Source of the DNA: Zygophlyctis sp. KS116
Taxonomy: Eukaryota; Fungi; Chytridiomycota
DNA: 27,958 bases
Direction: 5' to 3'
NCBI GenBank assembly: GCA_054661495.1
Contig: BAAFSQ010000130.1
Span: forward strand, 1 to 27,958
Every line of letters starts with the position of its first letter. Within the stretch, counting starts at the first letter, position 1. Of the stretch, positions 24,901 through 27,958 are shown in pieces. The notes under the pieces were generated by a model. It did no database searches and was not told where the DNA came from. It saw only the letters and a program-made list of their open reading frames with translations. A program made the translations under genes and the position numbers.

Positions 24901-26255
24901 TTTTTGTGGGTATAATTCAATTTAGGACGATGATAATCCTTCTGTTAGAACGTTTAGATTCCAGCATCTGCTTCAAATTCAGCCTTCTCTTAAAGTTTCA
25001 GCTTTCACTAAACCGAGTTCAAACAAAGTTAATGAGTTTATGTTTGGTTTAGAGGTTTATAATTTGAAATTCTAATGAAAGGTGGAAAATTTACAAGCCT
25101 CTAAAAGTTTTGATGTAACAAAAGTTATAACTTTAAGTCCAACGTGGTCATTGCACCATTTAAATAAGTAATTTTTAAAAAATTTACTTGTAGCGTGGAT
25201 GATTCTAAGATATCAATTAGCCCCAAATCAAAGAGCATGTCCTTTTTCAGGTTTAAGCGTCAAGATCCAGCCAAGAAATTATCAACTAGCGTAGAAACTT
25301 CCCCAGAATCCATTGTAACGTCTAAAATCGAAAAATTAATTCTTTTGGAGGATTTGGAAGCTCTAAAAGCTCCGGATATAAAGCTTTTCTGCTCTTATCT
25401 GCTAGATGTACTTTTTTTTCTTAAGCGTTTCTAGGGCACTATAAATCTAACTAATGATTTTCAAAATATGTTATATAAATGTAGAAATGCATGGAGAATT
25501 TCTAACCTTATGGATCAATATCCAGGTTTAACACCAAGTCAGATTCTGCAGCTTTTCACACTCTATTTCACAGAGGATGTAGATGTTATCGTGGTTTGGG
25601 AGGACAAAGGGCAGAATATTTCTGGATTTCATCATATCGGAGGTGTTAATCTGGGTCTTCAGGCTCCACTTCAACTCCAAGCACATTTGGGTGGAAAACT
25701 CAGAGAGGCCACCCTAAGAGGTGAGAAAACACTTTTAGGAGGGGGTAGAGCCCTTTTTGCATCAACAGCAAGGGAAAAAAAGGAGCTCGTAAATAGTCTA
25801 TTGAAAAAAACTGGAAACGATTCTAGTCCGATAAGAATTATAATGACATACCCAGAGAGCTGCTCTCACGATTTTTCAAAGGAGTATTTCTTTTTTACTC
25901 ACCTTAGTCTTTGTTCCGTCGAGATTGGCCTTGAAATTAGGAACACGTCATGGTGTGATATAGCTCAAATTAAATTGGAATTTTGTCCCGCTATCAAAGG
26001 GTGAGCAAATAATTTTTAAATTATAGGGGAAACAATGAGTCTGACATCACATATATAGGAAAAAGCATGTTTGTGGACAAGATTCAACCCGAGTCCAGCT
26101 TATATTATAAAGTAAATGTATTATTCACTTCCTCTGGTATCTACAATATAAACAGATGGAAGCTCAAGGTTGATATGGGGCATTCATTAGAAACACGATC
26201 ATTTGTACAAATCCCTAGCATCAGCAGATTTATTCATATCAACAGTATATTATAA
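21985..26255 (+). CDS. TRS85: TRAPP III subunit Trs85/TRAPPC8, ~1314 aa, 13 exons
   Basis: Motifs SEHETWNHPIA, SRRGIS, SPEFLMRKLADYAFMLKDY, KYYAGVQEM, LLEQAA, RK..F...SGDRF, W..IQDHIYFTL.RQ and NTLNVPL. Twelve GT-AG introns of about 24-30 nt close one frame to TAA 26253-26255. Confidence 0.9.
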
Positions 26256-27913
26256 CCAATCGATCTGTTTTTCAGTCATTTCTTTTGCCTTTTCCATACT
26301 TTTCAATTCCCGTTGAAGCATTTTCCCTTCATCCGTATGCAAGATTTCATCAATGTATTGATTTGCTCTATATAAGTCTTTTAGATCTAGAAAGTATCGG
26401 GTTAAAAAGAGACATGCGACCTCAATATCCTTTTCGGACCCATTTTCTTCTTCAATGAAAAATTGAAACCAAGAAGCTGCGTCATCTCTTCCATTCTTTA
26501 AAGTAGAATAAATTTTTCCCAAGGATAGTAAAGTGGCAGGATCTACAGCTTCAGAACACGTAATAGATCGTTTGTAACATGAGATGGCAAAAGTTGGTTT
26601 TGATATAACCTGATAGACGTCTCCAAGAGCCTGCCATATCCTAGCATCATATGGCCTATTAATTAAGAATCAATAAAATATTACTTTAGTGCAGCTGCCT
26701 TTTGAATGTAGAATACAGCATAATTTGGCATCCTTAGCAATTCATATGCCTGTCCAAGTCCGAACCAGGCCCTAAAATCTTTTGATGATATATCTACTGC
26801 ATGTCTATACGCAGAAATGGCTGCATTCCAGTTTTTCAATTCCAAATATTCATGACCTAGAAGAGTCCAGGCTGATAAATACTCTGGATCAAGAGCCAAA
26901 GCCTTTTTGAAGTATTCAATCGCCTTTTCCCTTTCTCCTCTTAAACTATAAAAATTTCCAATAACATTGCATGATTCTGGCCTATAAATATCTAAATTAA
27001 CAACTTTTTGAGCGAGTAACGCTAACTCTGCAGGTTTATTCTTGACATACAAGACGTTTGAGTGGATATCTACAAAATCCAAATTATATGGATTATCCGA
27101 AACTAATTCATCATAAATGATCTCCGTTTCGTCAAAATCTAAAATTATGAATTATCTACAAATGGATACCTCTGTGATTATAATAAAGTAAAGCCTTTTG
27201 AGCCATTAACCAAGGATGCCTAAAATTTTCCAAAGACTGAAAGAGATTTAGACAAGCTTCCAAAGGAAATAAATCCATTTCTACTGCTACTTTGATTTGA
27301 AAGCACTGTTTATTAATAGAATCTATCGGAACTTGATTCAAAAGACGATTCATCTAATATAATTAGTTGAAAAAACAAACATGTTCCAAACTTGTTACTA
27401 GATCACATAATTCTAACCAAGCACACCAATTCCAATCATCTAATAAAACCGACTCTAACAAAGCATCACATCCTTCATCCTTGAGTCCGAGACCAATAGC
27501 CACAATTCCTCTCAAATAACATAAATAGGCATCATTGAACTGAGAATTCTTTAGCTCGTCGAGAATAGATTTCAAATGTGGATTTTTTCCGCTTGAAAGT
27601 TTTAGTTTCTCTCCCCACTTTTCACTTAAATTCATAAATTTACCAAATAGTAAGAATATAACTTTAGAAAAAGAGTTTTTGGATCCAATTGTTTCGTTAA
27701 TAAATAATTCCAGCATTTTGAGTATTCCTTGACTAGAAAATACGATATTCCAGTTTCATAGACCAGATTCAATGGTTGTTCGGACACTTTACTTGAAGTT
27801 GTGGTTGGAGATAATTGCATCCATTCTGATATCCATAGACAAGTATTAAATAGTCCTCTACTCTTTGTCTCTTGATACGAAGAAGCAGCTATAGCCATTT
27901 TAATTTCGGACAT
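26250..27913 (-). CDS. CDC23: Anaphase-promoting complex subunit Cdc23/APC8, ~516 aa, 5 exons
   Basis: Motifs RGL....W.SE, YFLVKEY, NWCAWLEL, SNVLYV, YRPESCNVIGNFYSLR, AWTLLGHEYLELKN, DFRAWFGLGQAYELL and PYDARIW. Introns at 27618-27643, 27354-27380, 27139-27169 and 26656-26684. Confidence 0.93.
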
Positions 27914-27958
27914 TCTGACCAAGAGCTGGTGGTCTAGGAATTTATGCAGTCGTTGGTG

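Overview
This is AT-rich (roughly one-third GC), very gene-dense eukaryotic nuclear DNA. It most likely comes from an early-diverging (zoosporic/chytrid-like) fungus; this is inferred from a fungal-type Pom152, a DMXL-like Rav1 and a protist-style Clu-domain protein. The window holds one tRNA-Thr(CGT) and 11 protein-coding genes: mitochondrial Hsp70, Rav1/rabconnectin-3a, cyclophilin, UGP1, BolA2, ESS2, a PH-Clu-TPR protein, Pom152, Ent3/epsinR, Trs85/TRAPPC8 and Cdc23. The ORF track is fragmented because the genes are split by miniature spliceosomal introns. I reconstructed 65 GT-AG introns by hand: 63 are 23-32 nt and two are 49 and 52 nt. Every gene model closes in frame. The introns lack a consistent polypyrimidine tract, use AAG acceptors more often than CAG, and skip nearer AGs, which suggests length-guided splicing. 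Intergenic DNA is almost absent: a 29-nt same-strand spacer, a 54-nt bidirectional promoter, stop codons 2 nt apart, and two genes ending on the same TTATAA palindrome. I saw no mobile elements, CRISPR arrays or signs of a non-standard genetic code.
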